Shown here: piece by piece, positions 14,225 to 27,590 of the stretch
Layout: each line of letters starts with the position of its first letter
Position numbering within the stretch: the first letter of the stretch is position 1
Assembly (NCBI GenBank): GCA_951406725.2
Contig: OX597817.1
Location: 50,716,001 to 50,780,000 of the forward strand
Direction of reading: 5' to 3'
DNA: 64,000 bases
Origin: Octopus vulgaris
Taxonomy: Eukaryota
Program-made: the position numbers and the translations under genes
The notes under the pieces: model-generated
The model's input: the letters and a program-made list of their open reading frames with translations, nothing else
Database searches by the model: none
Told to the model about the DNA's origin: nothing

Positions 14225-14733
14225 CTCAACCTAACACAAAAAAAACATGATTTCGTTGCTAAAATGTAAGGGTTTTATGTTTTAAATCTATCAATCGTAG
14301 GAGGGAGGCCTGAACAATGTTCCTTTCGGAGTACCTGTGTCTAGTTAGAGGCAGTGAGACCTAGACATGAGTCTCTGCTTAAGTGTTTCGAACGAAGTGA
14401 ATTTCGTCTATGACGTTCAAGGTGCCAGATATTAGTGTTAAACCGGGTAACAGATCAACGCAGCTCCCACAAAACTTTATAAAATCCTGACACTACTATT
14501 TACTTTGGTCTGTTTTTGTTGGGGAGTCCAAATAACGTCTTCATCTTTGAGTCAAAAATACTAATATATATATATATATATGTTATTTATGATTTGGTTT
14601 ATGTCTATCATTGCTTGAATTGCCTAACAGTGGTTCTTCTCGAATTTATATATTATATATTTATATTGTGAAATTTGATTTAATACTAAATTGAATTTTC
14701 CCCTGTAACTTTGGAGTTATATTCCCTAATATT

Positions 14734-14781
<48 letters not shown>

Positions 14782-14810
14782 TTGTTTCTCTCTTTGTTTT
14801 TTCTGTGTCC

Positions 14811-14846
14811 CTTTCTGTAGAAGAGCGTAGGCTCGAAACGTAAAAT
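14811..14846 (+). ncRNA. Penelope-type minimal hammerhead ribozyme motif (A6U core variant), in repeat 14780-14940
   Basis: ttt CUGUAGA a GAGC-gtag-GCTC GAAA CG UA aaa. Second copy at 32921. Confidence 0.6.
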
Positions 14847-15292
14847 ACTTTTTCTATTCCTGAGCGTTATACTAATACATATGTTTGTTTTGTATACCAC
14901 CTGTCTTCTTCTTTTGTTTTTTTCGTAAACTCTCCCTATATATATATATAAATATATCAAATTTCGTATATGAGTGGAATAGTGGGATCGGTAAAATGAT
15001 TAACACATCTATTATGTTTTTTTGTTATGTTTTTTGCTGGTGGTGGTAGTAGTGGTGGTGTAGACAGTGATGGTTGTAGTGGTGTTGGTGTTACTTGTGG
15101 CTTTTGTTCTTGTGTTGGGAATTAGGGGTACTGGGTGTCGGTAGTGGTGGTGTTGATGATGGTGGTGGTAGAAGTGGCGATGGTAGTGGTGATGTTGAGA
15201 GTTATTTTGGTGCTGTTGCTGCTCGTTTTCAGCCTGAACTGAGCCCCTCATGAAGACCTACGATTTTAGGCGTTCCAGCCACGACCAGTATA

Positions 15293-15659
15293 TTTACTTC
15301 CGCCTTAGCGAAGGCGGAGGTATTGTTTTTCAGTTGTGTTTGTTCCTTTATCCCTGGACAAGATATCTCAAGAGCTGCTGGATGGATTCGGATGAAACTT
15401 TCAGGGATGTTTGGCCTTGTGACTGACATGAACTGATTAGATTTTGAGATCGATCCGGTACCGAACAAGGATTCTGGATTACTTTTCCTGCTTTTTCACT
15501 TCATTTTGGAGGGCGGCCGGGTTCATTTTTAGTATTCATGGTTGTGAGAACAGTCGAATTTATTTCAGACATTCTCATCTTAAAATCATCTCTGGCTAAT
15601 CGTTGAGATGATGTTGGTGTTGCCTTGTCGGAGTTTTGTGCTCTCTGAGTGCTTTTGTT
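15293..15659 (+). mobile_element. Helentron-associated non-autonomous element (HINE/DINE-1-like)
   Basis: 5' subTIR acttccgcc with nearby inverted ggcggaggt, core gatatctc..ggattcggatgaaact, 3' subTIR gtcggagtt and stem-loop gtgctctctgagtgc, T-rich flanks. Confidence 0.7.
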
Positions 15660-15869
15660 GCTGTATATGTTTACGTCTACATTCTTCAATGCGTAGTTCC
15701 CTTCTGTAGCTAATACGGCGTGATTGGCAGAGGATTTGGCTGCTATTTCTAACAGGTCGAACAACAACCGTTAGGAGTCCTTTTCCATAGCATCAACTAC
15801 AGATCCTATTTTGAAATGTTGAACCCTATACAAAATCGGGAGTATATTATTGTCGATATTGTTAGTGTT

Positions 15870-16318
15870 CTGTGTGTGTTTATGTGTGTGTATGTATGCA
15901 TGCATGTATGCTTCTATGTGTGTGTATGTATGTATGGATGGATGCATGTATGTATGTATTTATGTATGTATTTATATCTGTATGTATGTATGTGTGCATG
16001 TATGGATACATGTATGTAGGCATGCATGCGTGTGTGTATATATATCTATATATGTGTGTGTGTATGTATGCATATATGAAGTAAGTATGTTTATATGCAT
16101 TTATGAATGTATGTATGTATGTATGTATGTATGTATGTATGTATGTATGTATGTATGTTTCTACGTGTGAATTTCTTTTGTTTTCTAACAAAATACAAAG
16201 TCCATCATTGGAATGTAAATAATTAAAACAGTGTCACTGTTTAAACTTGAGAAAATTCTTGCATATTTTTATTATTCCACCTACAAATTGCATTTGTAAT
16301 GTACGATTTGATCGTTTG

Positions 16319-16351
<33 letters not shown>

Positions 16352-16444
16352 TGTATGTATGTATGTATGTATGTATGTATGTATGTGTGTATGCATGTAT
16401 GTATGTGTGTATGTATGTATGTATGTATGTTTGTATATATGTAT
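15870..16444. repeat. (TATG)n tetranucleotide arrays
   Basis: Direct reading. Confidence 0.95.
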
Positions 16445-16684
16445 CTGTCAGGATGTGGGAAAGAGTGTAATTCGGCAGGAGGACTTAAACAACATGCAAA
16501 GGTACATGAAGCCCAGTTACAACTACAGCCAGCCGGCTATTGCCGGTAAAGGTTTTAGCTGCCAATTCTGTACAAGACATTGTAGATCTTTAGCTGGGCT
16601 AAAAAGTCACATTCGATCACAGCACCAATAACAGTTAAGCTTCGTGCAATGGCCATACTCGATAACGAGGGGGCAGCCATCATG
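16445..16684 (+). mobile_element. 3' end of an RTE-clade LINE with two C2H2 fingers (frameshifted)
   Basis: GCGKECNSAGGLKQHAKVH, then in another frame FSCQFCTRHCRSLAGLKSHIRSQHQ*. Short RTE-like 3' UTR ggccatactcgataacgagggggcagcc. Confidence 0.65.
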
Positions 16685-17554
16685 GTTCAGATCAGTTGCT
16701 TTTTATTGAGAATTCCTGGGGTTTGCAAAGTTCGTGTTTGCATAGTCTTAGGTGTGTTCAGCTAATCTTATGTTCTGTGTGAACACATCTCTTTAATACT
16801 TACGCATTTATGTGTGTGAGAGAGAGAGAGAGAGGGTGTGTGGGTGTGTGAGAGTGCATGTGTGCATGCGTGTGTGTGTGTGTCATTACTTTTTTACATA
16901 CGTGTCTTTGTGTAGACTTCCATTAGTGTGAGCATATATTCATTTAAGGAATCACAAATGGAAAATTTTTAGAATGTCTCACATATTTCTACTATGCCGC
17001 TAACAGACTGAGTTTGAAGAACGCGCATCAGGTTCTTGTATGTGTGCATGTATCTATGCAGTTAAGTATGTAGGCTTGTATGTAGGTGTTCTCTTTACGA
17101 TTTAAGAATTTTCATTTAGAGCATTCAATCTAGCTACCAACCAGGGAACAATACTCTTGTTTCAGTGAAGACAGGAGCTGGATGTTTGTGCTCGCCTGAA
17201 CCAGCTGATGAATATGTGAACGACCCCCCCCACACACACACACATGCGCTCGCGAAATGGATAACTTCTAGCTCTGTGGTGGATATGCGTTTTACGTTTG
17301 TATAAAAGTATTCGTATTTCAGTCTTATGTGTGAGTGTGTGTGTGTGTCCATGTATTCCATACATATATACGGATGTCTGTCCTCGAAATTCACATGTGG
17401 ATAGATGGGTCTCGGGAGCATTTTTCTCATATGATTAAGATGGGAAACTCAGATGAAGAATATCTGGAATGTTTTGCAAAATTCTTTACGGTACAACCGA
17501 TTGATTCTTCTAAAAGACAAATTCTTTTAGGTAGGTTAGCATGTATGTATGTCG

Positions 17555-17860
17555 TGAAAGTGGCTGAGCACTCCACAGAGACGTGTATCCTTAACGTAGT
17601 TCTCGGGGAGATTCAGCATGACACAGAGTGTGACAAGGCTGGTCCTTTGAAATACAGGTACAACAGAAACAGGAAGAAACAGTGAGAGAAAGTTGTGGCG
17701 AAAGAGTACAGCAGGGTTCACCACCACCCCCTGCCGGAGCCTCGTGGAGCTTTAGATGTTTTCGCTCAATAAACACGGTCAACACCCGGTCTGGGAATCG
17801 AAACCGCGATCCTATGACTGCGAGTCCGGTACACTAGCCACTGTGCCATTGTGCCTTCAC
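17555..17860 (-). mobile_element. tRNA(Arg)-like SINE, body A + truncated tail T1
   Basis: Homologous to 13085-13442; head includes ggactcgcagtc..ggtttcgattccc. Confidence 0.8.
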
Positions 17861-18675
17861 GATGTATGTATGCATGTATGTATGTATGTATATATCTATC
17901 TATCAAAGTTCTCTCCTTTTCAGTTTAGAATATATTCTGGTTGGTCACCTGCTTGGTACCAAGGATGTGAAGGAAAGCATCTTGTTTAGTTACTCATCCT
18001 TCAAATCAATGCTTAACCATTTTTTTTTGAAGCGTCCTGCCTTTAAGTAATTGCTATGCCTAGGGCTCATCTAAATACCGAGTGAGGTATCACGACTAAA
18101 CTAACTTAATATGGATGATAATTTATAAATTTTACTATAAAAATCGGTGCATGAGCTTTTAACATTGAAAATATAAAAAATTGATAAAGACAAAAATTCT
18201 AAATGCACTCCATATATTGCAAATTAATGACTTCTCTCTGCCTGATGAGATCTCATTTTATTTTAATAACCAATAATTATGCTTAATATAATTACAACTG
18301 CAGATAAAATTTAGCATGTTAATTATATTACCTCACCGCCCCACTCAGCAATCCCTAAAGCCTAACGCCCACTTCAACATACCCAGCGCCATCTTGGGGG
18401 CGGTAGAGCACACGTTGAGAAAGTATGCTTAAAATCTTAAGAAAACCTTGCATATTTTTGTAGTCACAATAATGCTTATGTATGTATGTATGTATGTATG
18501 TATGTATGTATGTATGTATGTATGTATGTATGTATGTATGTATGCATATATGTGTGTATGCATGTATGTATGTATACAGTGTTCATTTAAATTGCTTATT
18601 TATCTTTAGCTCAAGTTTAACCCAGCCGTATAATATATTATAAAGGTGCAAAATGCACATCGAATCGAATGGCTG

Positions 18676-18864
18676 AGGCGCAGGAGTAGCTGTGTGGTAA
18701 GTAGCTTGCTTACGAACCACATGGTTCTGGGTTCAGTCCCACTGCGTGGCACTTTGGGCAAGTGTCTTCTACTATAGCCTCAGGACGACCAAAGTCTTGT
18801 GAGTGGATTTGGTAGACAGAAACTGAAAGGTGCTTGTCGTATATATATATATATATATGCGTGT

Positions 18865-18908
<44 letters not shown>

Positions 18909-19105
18909 CTGTGTCTGTGTTTGTTCGCAAACCATCGCTTGACAACTGATGTTGGTGTGTTTACGTACCCGTTACTTAGCGGTTCGGCAAAAAAGCCTGA
19001 TAGAATAAGTACTAGGCTTCCAAAGAATAAGTCCTGGAATCGATTTGTTCGACTAAAGGCGGTGTTCCACATGGCTACAGTCAAATGACTGAAACAAATA
19101 CAAGA
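18676..19105 (+). mobile_element. CORE-like tRNA SINE, full length
   Basis: Homologous to 3535-3975. Confidence 0.85.
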
Positions 19106-20769
19106 CTTTAAAAAAAGAAAAAAATACTACCAGTTGAATTATTTATACTAATCTTCAACAAAGTTTTTATTTACAAGAATTTTCATCCGTTTTCTTATCT
19201 TTTATCTTTTGCTTAGTTTGGTATTTCGACTGAGAAACCAACTTGAAGCGTTTGGTCGAACAAATCAACCCAAGTCTAGTACTTAGTCTACCTTGCATAC
19301 TTTGTCGAACATTTACGCCGATGGGACGTAAACAAACCAACAAACCAATACCTGTTGTCGAGTGATAGGGGTGGACAAGCACAAAGACACGCATACAAAA
19401 GTATATATATATATATATATGTATATGTGTGTATACATGTCCATACATGCATATATATTTCTTTACTCTTTTTATATTTCTTTACTCCATACATGCATAT
19501 ATACATACATACATACATATATATATATATACACCTTTATACATATACATACATACATACATATAATATATACACATACATATACATACATGAATACATA
19601 TATACATATATATATTTATACATGTACATACATACATACATGCATACATACATATATATATGATATATATATATATATATACATATATACACATACATAC
19701 GTGCATATATGCATATATATAATATGTATGCATATATACACATACATACATGCATATATACATATATATTTATGCATATATACACATACATAGATGCATA
19801 TATATGCGACGAACTCCTACGCAGTTGTCAGACATCAGTCTACTCTGGGCTATAGTAGAATACATTTGCCCAAGATCCCGCGTGGTTTGTAAGCGAGCTT
19901 CTTAGCCACGCAACCAAATACGTCTACAACTTAAATTGCAAAGCGTTTGGATTTTTCTTCCCCTTCCCCTGGAATAGACAAGATACATAACGCTAAGAGT
20001 ACACAAACATCGTTTCAATAAGATATATATTTATCTTTGGTAAACAGCGACTGGATAACCAAAATAAATCAAATATCAGTGAGCTTAAAATGAACATTGA
20101 TTCGAAATCCGATTGGAAGAGGAATCGACTGTTGGATAACTCTTTTTGGTAACCAATCCAAAGGCATGTTACCTATATTAGACACACACACACGTGCGTG
20201 AGTGTGTGTGTGGGTGAGAGAGAAAGGGATAGAGTGAGAGTGAGTGTTATGTATTTATGCATTTATGTGTGCATGTATGCGTGTATGTGCATGTATTTAT
20301 AGATATATCTATAACCTATTCCAATTTATCATTCCACCATTTTGTCAATCGCAGCAGCTTCGAAGCTTCACCACTAATTCAGTTCTCAACTAAATTGCAA
20401 ACTGTTGATAGTTTTAAAGAGGACATCTCCTCAACTACACTTTGGCATAAATAGTTTGATATTTGGTTCAACAGAAAAAAAGTTACATCAAAATGTCAGA
20501 CCTCAAATGGGCAGTAAGGCAGATATTCATCTTCAATTAAGATAAATTTTAAAAATTTTACATTAAAAGTATATTTTTTCTTAGGCTTAAATGATAGGGA
20601 AATGCATGAGGAATTCAGAATCGTGAGTCGAGTTGAACAAAAATTAGTAGAAAAACAGTTATGAGGTAAAATGTTACGAAATTTACTGTCAGTAAGTAAG
20701 GAAGTAAGAAGTAACGCTTAAGCAATAAGAATAAAGAATATATTTCTAAAATGAATGGCGGCTTCCTAA

Positions 20770-21213
20770 GGCGCTGAGATGGCAGAATCGTTATCGTGCC
20801 AGGTGAAATACTCAGCGGTATTTTGTCTGTCTTTATGTTTTTGAGTTCAAATTTCGCAGAGCCAGACTTTGACTTCTTTTATTTTCAATTAAACACTTTC
20901 AAACTTCCGATACTGGTAGAATATTTCACATAGAACAGGGTTTATTCTTAACATTTTTGGCTAAATTTTGTATTTTAGAAGTGGTATTTTGTCTGTCTTT
21001 ACGTTCTTAGTTCAAAATCCGCCGAGGACGACTTTGACTTTCATCCACTACATATCTCTTTAATTAGACGTACAGATTATTTTATTAATTTTATTAACTA
21101 AATACTTACAAACTTCCGATACTTGTAGAATGTGTCACATAGAACAGGGTGTATTCTTAACATTTTTGACAAAATGTTGTATTTTAGAAGCGGTATTTCC
21201 TCTGTCTTTACGC
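20770..21213 (+). repeat. Chimeric tandem repeat: Nin-SINE head fragment plus an unrelated ~80-bp block, twice
   Basis: aaacttccgatact.gtagaat..cacatagaacaggg..ttcttaacattttt..gtattttagaag.ggtattt at about 20901 and 21110. Confidence 0.75.
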
Positions 21214-21874
21214 TTTTAATTACAGGTACAACTCCTTTTTGCCAGCTGAGTGAACTGACACAACTTAAAATTAAACGTCTTGCTCAAGGCCACAACGCTC
21301 CAAAGATTAACGATCTCATGCGCGTGGTTTATTGGTTACGGCATTCGGCTCACGATTTCATTGTACTTAGTCACTGCTTAGTAAGCTGATCACGCAAAAA
21401 TGAAGCAGTTTTAACCTAGATACAGGGTACGTGTAACAAAATAAAGAAATTGATCGTTCGATCCAGCAACTTGAGAACCTAAGAGACGCCTATTGGTTTT
21501 CATATTGGTCGTCTAGAGTGGGAATCTTTCTTATGCAATAATTACGACGAAGTATAAACTTTGGGTGTCAATCACGCAAAACAATCTTTGCATTATGCAA
21601 ATAGATACAGGATATTTAGAAAATTTTGGCTTTCCCAGTTGTTTTATCTGTGTAAGAGGTTAAAGTAATTTTTACAGGAGATTCAAATCATAGTAGTTGC
21701 GGATGTTAGTTTTGCACAAAACAAACAATATACAGCAGCAGCATCCTTAGAACATGTGCGTATATTTACAAGTAATCTCTTTGTGTATAGATAAAGAATG
21801 TGCTCATTCATAGATTAAATTCCATAACTTCACTGAGACTAATCCACCTGATTCATCTTGTTTATATATTTTTT

Positions 21875-22071
21875 TCTACTCTAAGCACAAAGCCCGAAGT
21901 TTCTGGGGAAGGGGCCAGTCGATTAGTTCGATCCAAGTACGCAACTGGTACTTAATTTATCGACCCTGAAAGGATGCAAGGTAAAGTCGACCTCGGCGGA
22001 ATTTGAACTTAGAACGTAAAGACAGACGAAATACAGCTAAGCATTTCGCCCGGCGTGCTAACGTTTCCGCC
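21875..22071 (-). mobile_element. Nin/Deu SINE monomer (tail 2)
   Basis: Homology to family consensus within the window. Confidence 0.8.
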
Positions 22072-22218
22072 ATCTGTTAACTCACTAGTAATTTATTCAT
22101 ATTACAAGATGCCAAAAAATGCGTCGTAGTATGCAAATCAGTATACTCGATTTATATAAACCCTTCACGACTGCGAATATTATGAAGTATCTCCGTGGAC
22201 ACACAAAGTGGTTACATA

Positions 22219-22663
22219 TCTATACATATAAAGCGGAAGTTGTATGTGTGTGTGTGTGGCAGGTTTGGTAGCCTTCAACTAACACTATCTCCTTCGAAAC
22301 CCTGCGGCGCAAGTCGACCAAAATTGAGAGTATGATAGAAGAAGGCTTGCTCTTCATTCCGTAGAAGAAAAAAATTCAAATCGGACCATGTTAAGACCAA
22401 AATTTATTTACATCACAAAGGTGCTTTTTTTCTATGAAAATTCCTATTTTTTACGACTTATTAACTGCTGTGTCGCCATTTTTCGGTGTATTTCAACCAG
22501 AAAAATGTTCACTTAAAGAGAATAACAAGCTACATAATGCAAAATGTTTACTTTTCAAAAAAGATTGAAACTATATCAAAACTTAGTTAACACGACATCA
22601 AAAGTCTGCCGTTTTAAGCGCAACTAAAAAACAAACCCGAGCAACGCCGGGCTATACTGCTAG
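22219..22663 (+). mobile_element. Complete non-autonomous Helitron (445 bp)
   Basis: a|TCtatacatataaag ... cccgagcaacgccggg hairpin ... gCTAG|t: A/T target, 5' TC, subterminal hairpin and 3' CTAG. Confidence 0.85.
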
Positions 22664-23231
22664 TTGGCTAATAAAACTCAGATTTCAAAACATTTTGTCT
22701 ACGAAGATATTTTACATAAAGACAAAATGTCTACGTCTTTCTACTCTAATGCTTCTCAAAGAAACACCACCACAAAGAAAATTTAGGTCCACCGATGATT
22801 TCTATAAATCCGTATCAATACTTGAACATCTCAAAGCGTAAATTTGTTACATACTAATAAGATTAATCATAGAAAGGAAGCAGATTTTTCTGTAATTTTC
22901 TATATTTTATTTTACAACATGTTTTTTCTTAAATTTCTCTTTTAAAAAATGCTCCAATAAGTTAAAACTGCCCATCCGAGCTGCGTCTATAGTTTTTGTT
23001 GTTTGATCTGCGATGTACAAAAAAAAAATTGATGAAGAACTACTGGTGTATATATAGGCTATGCGTTAAAAAAATATCTATATTGTATAGTACAGAATAA
23101 CATGGAAGTAAGGCACTATTAACGCTCTGGTGATTCATACTGGCATTAAAAACGTGGTTCAGAATTGCATTACTTCACGTTTGACCGACGCAGAAAGTCC
23201 GTCTGATCGTCGGACGCCGCATATTACACCG

Positions 23232-23304
<73 letters not shown>

Positions 23305-23325
23305 CAAGCAAGCATATATATTTAT

Positions 23326-23362
<37 letters not shown>

Positions 23363-24082
23363 GGTGTAACATATGTAAGATTACATGCATACACATATAC
23401 ATATCTACGCCACCACACAGGTATATATATACATAAATGTATATATATATATAAAAACATACATTGTGTGTGTATGTGTGTCTCTGATATAGGAAAATTG
23501 TATTCTTTATGCGTCATTATCAGTAGATTTCAACATTTTTACTGACAATGGTTTTATTACCTACGATAAATGATACCAATTTCAGAAATTACAACGCCAA
23601 GAATGCATTCACCCCATTCACCTCCACCACTTACAGTTCTAATAATTATCAGAAACTCTACTTACCGTTCCATCACCAACAGCAGCAAAAGCAACACAAT
23701 AACACCAACGCTCACGTCACCACCACCAGCAGTAGCAGCAGCTATACTACCACTGACGCCACTAGCACCACCATCGGTGCCACTGTCACAACGCCAAAAA
23801 GCTCCTCCCTTCGAAACATTAACAGCAACACCAATGCCAAAATCAGAATTACTTATGCAAACCCCTCCAGCAACAACACCATCGCCACCAAGAAAAACAC
23901 CAAAACTGCTATACCAGTAACAATGCTATACTTCAAGACTACCAGAAGCATTGTACCATTGGCCTCACAACATCCACCATCATCGCCAACACCACCAACA
24001 CTGACAAACCACCATTACCACTGCAATCACCACTAGCAACAACAACAACTACAATATTAAAACTGCCAATATATTCACTACA

Positions 24083-24900
24083 TCTCTCTCTATATATATA
24101 TAAACGCAAAAAGTCTGTGTATGTATGTGTCCTTTATACAAATCCACGTTTTCAGTTAGAGGGCTCGTACTTTAATTGGTCATTTAAAACCGTCCAAGGG
24201 TGGTCGTACACATCTTTACATTTCTCCAGTCACCCCGCAAAGCCATTAAAATATCAATAGAAGTGAATTTTTTGTGAATTCCAAAACCCAATCAAAATGC
24301 CCGAAACTTGATACGCCAATTGAATACCAGCTAGCTGTATGTGGTTGGTCGGAGATTTGCACAATACTCGCATGTATGTGCGCACGCACGCAGCTGTATA
24401 TGCATGCGTTGCCGAGTCATAGTGCTATTTCAACTATAAAATGATTCAGCGACCAAAATTTCACTTCAGGAACACTTAAAACACGGTCCGATACAGCGTT
24501 TATATCGGCTGATGGCGTAATTTTACCATTATCTTTTAATCATTACATTTTTTATGCTGAAATATTGTGAAAATTATATTTCTTAAGCATGCGCATACAA
24601 ACACTGTCGGAGTTCGACTAAGTTTGGAATTAATAGTTGTTCGAATGAGTCAAATCGGTGCGTAGTAGGAAATATTTTGTTATTTCAACCAATGAAAAGA
24701 AGCTTATAAACCCAACTAAAAGATGTGTTTTATTTCCATTTCACTATGTTTTTTCTCCTGATTTTCCCCATTTGTTTGTGTGACTGCATATTACGATTAG
24801 GAGCAATTTTGCATGTAAACCAGTGAAAATATTCTATGAAGCTTTTATTTTTTTTTATTTTTAAACAAACTATGCATTCGTTAAGCAATTTTTACTTCCG
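24083..24900 (+). mobile_element. Probable Helitron-like element, 5' portion
   Basis: a|TCtctctctatatatatataaacgcaaaaagtctgtgtatg start. 3' end not identified. Confidence 0.4.
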
Positions 24901-25157
24901 TTTACACTCTAAAGACTCTTACACATACATGAAGACCCACATATATGCATGTACACATGCGCAAGTTTCTCTCTCTCTCTCTCTCTTATATGTAAAGATT
25001 TACATAGACACCTACATTTGCCATGATTGATCACTAGCCACTAAACCATTTTTATTTTCTCTCTGCTTAAAAGACATTCTCACTTTCCGAGCGTTAAACT
25101 AATACATTTGTTTCTTGTTTACACACCCGTCTTCGTCTTTTGTTTTTTGTAAATTCC

Positions 25158-25199
<42 letters not shown>

Positions 25200-26080
25200 C
25201 TTCAGAAATCGCTCTTTCTTAAAATATCCACATTCAGGCTCAGCATGAATCATTAGCTATGATCATCTTTAAACATTTTCATGCGATGGTACTATGACCC
25301 TTGAAACTTAAACATGTTACCATGATACTGCTGAAGGGAATCTTAGTTTATTCTCCAATCTTTTCTAGAATTTTCTTTCATCCGGAGCCAACTAAAAGGT
25401 GTGCTATTAAAATCCAACTTTCAGCTTCGGCTACCATTTTCTCGTTCTCCTCGCTCTTGACTTTTCCAGTTTTAATTTGAAATATTATCACGCTCATGCC
25501 AAACTTTTTCCTGCTAGTCCATTCTTTATACTCGAAAAGCCTTTTACAAGAAAAAAATATTATTAAGGTTGGAAACAAAATTAAGAAAGTGAAAACAAAG
25601 CTAAACACATCAATACTTTATCAAAAAGTTTAAAGTATGGTATAAAACTAAATTTTATAAATTAGCAAAAAGTATATGTAAAAAATATTTAAAAACTCCA
25701 TCGAATGCTATAAGATAGTTAACTGAAATTTCAAAATTATTTAATTCCTCTAATTAAAAGTTTAAGTAAGGTTCTAAATGAAAAAAATTGAATTCATGTT
25801 TTAGATAATAAAACAAGGCGACCCACCACCGAATGAAATAAAATAAGTTATAAGAAATTTTAATGAAGATAACTATAACGCAGAACATCTGTTACTTCTT
25901 TAGTCTCTTAATACATGTATACTTACACAATAGTCAGCTAGAGACCAACACGTCGATACAAGGTTTACTTTCGGTTATTAAAGAAAAAGAAAATGAGTAT
26001 CTAGAAAGAAAAAGATCCGAGATATTTGACAAATACCAAGAATAAAACGGGGATATGAATAAAAAATTATACGCAGAATT

Positions 26081-26800
26081 TATTTCTTTACTACCAACAA
26101 GGGGCTAAACACAGAGAGGACAAAAAAGGACAGACAAACGGATTAAGTCGATTACATCGACCCCAGTGCGCAAATGGTACTTATTTAATCGACTACGAAA
26201 GGATGAAAGGCAAAGTCGAAATCGGCGGAATTTGAACTCAGAACGTAGCGGCAGACGAAATATCTATTTCTTTACTACCCACAAGGAGATAAACACAGAG
26301 AGGACAAACAAGGACAGACAAACGGATTAAGTCGATTACATCGACCCCAGTGCGCAAATGGTACTTATTTAATCGACTACGAAAGGATGAGAGGCAAAGT
26401 CGAAATCGGCGGAATTTGAACTCAGAACGTAGCGGCAGACGAAATATCTATTTCTTTACTACCCACAAGGAGATAAACACAGAGAGGACAAACAAGGACA
26501 GACAAACGGATTAAGTCGATTACATCGACCCCAGTGCGCAAATGGTACTTATTTAATCGACTACGAAAGGATGAGAGGCAAAGTCGAAATCGGCGGAATT
26601 TGAACTCAGAACGTAGCGGCAGACGAAATATCTATTTCTTTACTACCCACAAGGAGATAAACACAGAGAGGACAAACAAGGACAGACAAACGGATTAAGT
26701 CGATTACACCGACTCCAGTGCGTAACTGGTACTTAATTTATCGACCCCGAAAGGATGAGAGACAAAGTCGACATCAGCAGAATTTGAACTCAGAACGTAA
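26081..26800 (-). repeat. 184-bp tandem array (about 3.9 units) of the headless Nin/Deu SINE unit
   Basis: tatttctttactacc recurs at 26081, 26265, 26449 and 26633; units near-identical. Confidence 0.95.
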
Positions 26801-26908
26801 TAATTATACTAAGAAGTGAACAAAAAATCTTGAAGTAAAATGCTCTAGAAATGACAGGTAGATTTCACGTAAACGCATGGCTGTACTTGGCAATGCCGTC
26901 TCATGCAC

Positions 26909-27116
26909 CTGATAATACACGAGATAAAGAGATGAGGTATCTGTTGCTGGAATGCTTTTGATCAATTAGAATCAGTTTGAGGCTAAACAACAACAACAAT
27001 GACCATAGCAACATCAGCAATTTCAACAACAGATGCTGGTACACGAGACTGGGCAGTGAGCAAGTACAACGTGTCACGACGACAGCCGCCCTCCACTTTG
27101 TACGACCCTGTACCAT
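26909..27116 (-). CDS. Candidate first coding exon with a hydrophobic signal/TM segment
   Basis: Non-repetitive ORF MVQGRTKWRAAVVV...LLLKLLMLLWSLLLLFSLKLILI...; acceptor ttattgcag| at 27157; phase-1 donor CAG|gtgcat at 26908. Confidence 0.35.
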
Positions 27117-27590
27117 ATCTCTGGTCGATCGAAACTAGCCAGCGGCAATTCAAAATCTGCAATAATAACACTAATCTTCAAAGGAAGTTTTTGTCAGAAA
27201 TGTTAGACTTCTTCCTCTTGCTCTCAGCAACTGAATTTCTACTTTTGTTCTGTTTACATTCATTAATTGATTACTTTTTTTTTTGCCTCTATCAGTTTTC
27301 GTTTCTTTTTCTACTCTGCCAAGCACTGTCTTTACAGTTAGATTTCTCGCAATTAGATCTTTTAAGACACCTTAACTATGCTATTTTGTTTTTATACTGT
27401 ATTTGGTTTGCAAGATTGTTGATGAGAACTCGTGCGTTGAAACAGATTTTATTATATATGAGGCGGGTCGGTATGCCAATAACCACGCGCTTTGGTTGTA
27501 TTTTACTTCATTTATTTTTTTTATTATTTATTTAAATAATTGGCTATGATCTTCTTTAGACATACTCATGCGATGGTACTATGACCCTTG

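Noticed and set aside
23548-24036. 162-aa Thr-rich ORF
   Set aside because: It is a degenerate ACC/AAC triplet tract open in two frames, with no motif.
26265-26448. Hammerhead within the Nin array unit, or the unit as a GT..AG intron
   Set aside because: No core motif with flanking stems on either strand. The junction varies (ag|at, ag|ct) and there is no pyrimidine tract directly before the AG.
26081-26800. CRISPR-like regular array (also 43374-44520)
   Set aside because: Whole 184-217-bp units repeat with no unique spacers, there are no cas genes, and the units are SINE-derived in eukaryotic DNA.
26999-27535. 178-aa plus-strand ORF
   Set aside because: It runs into T-rich sequence and a dispersed repeat shared with 63935-64000; the minus-strand reading has better splice signals.
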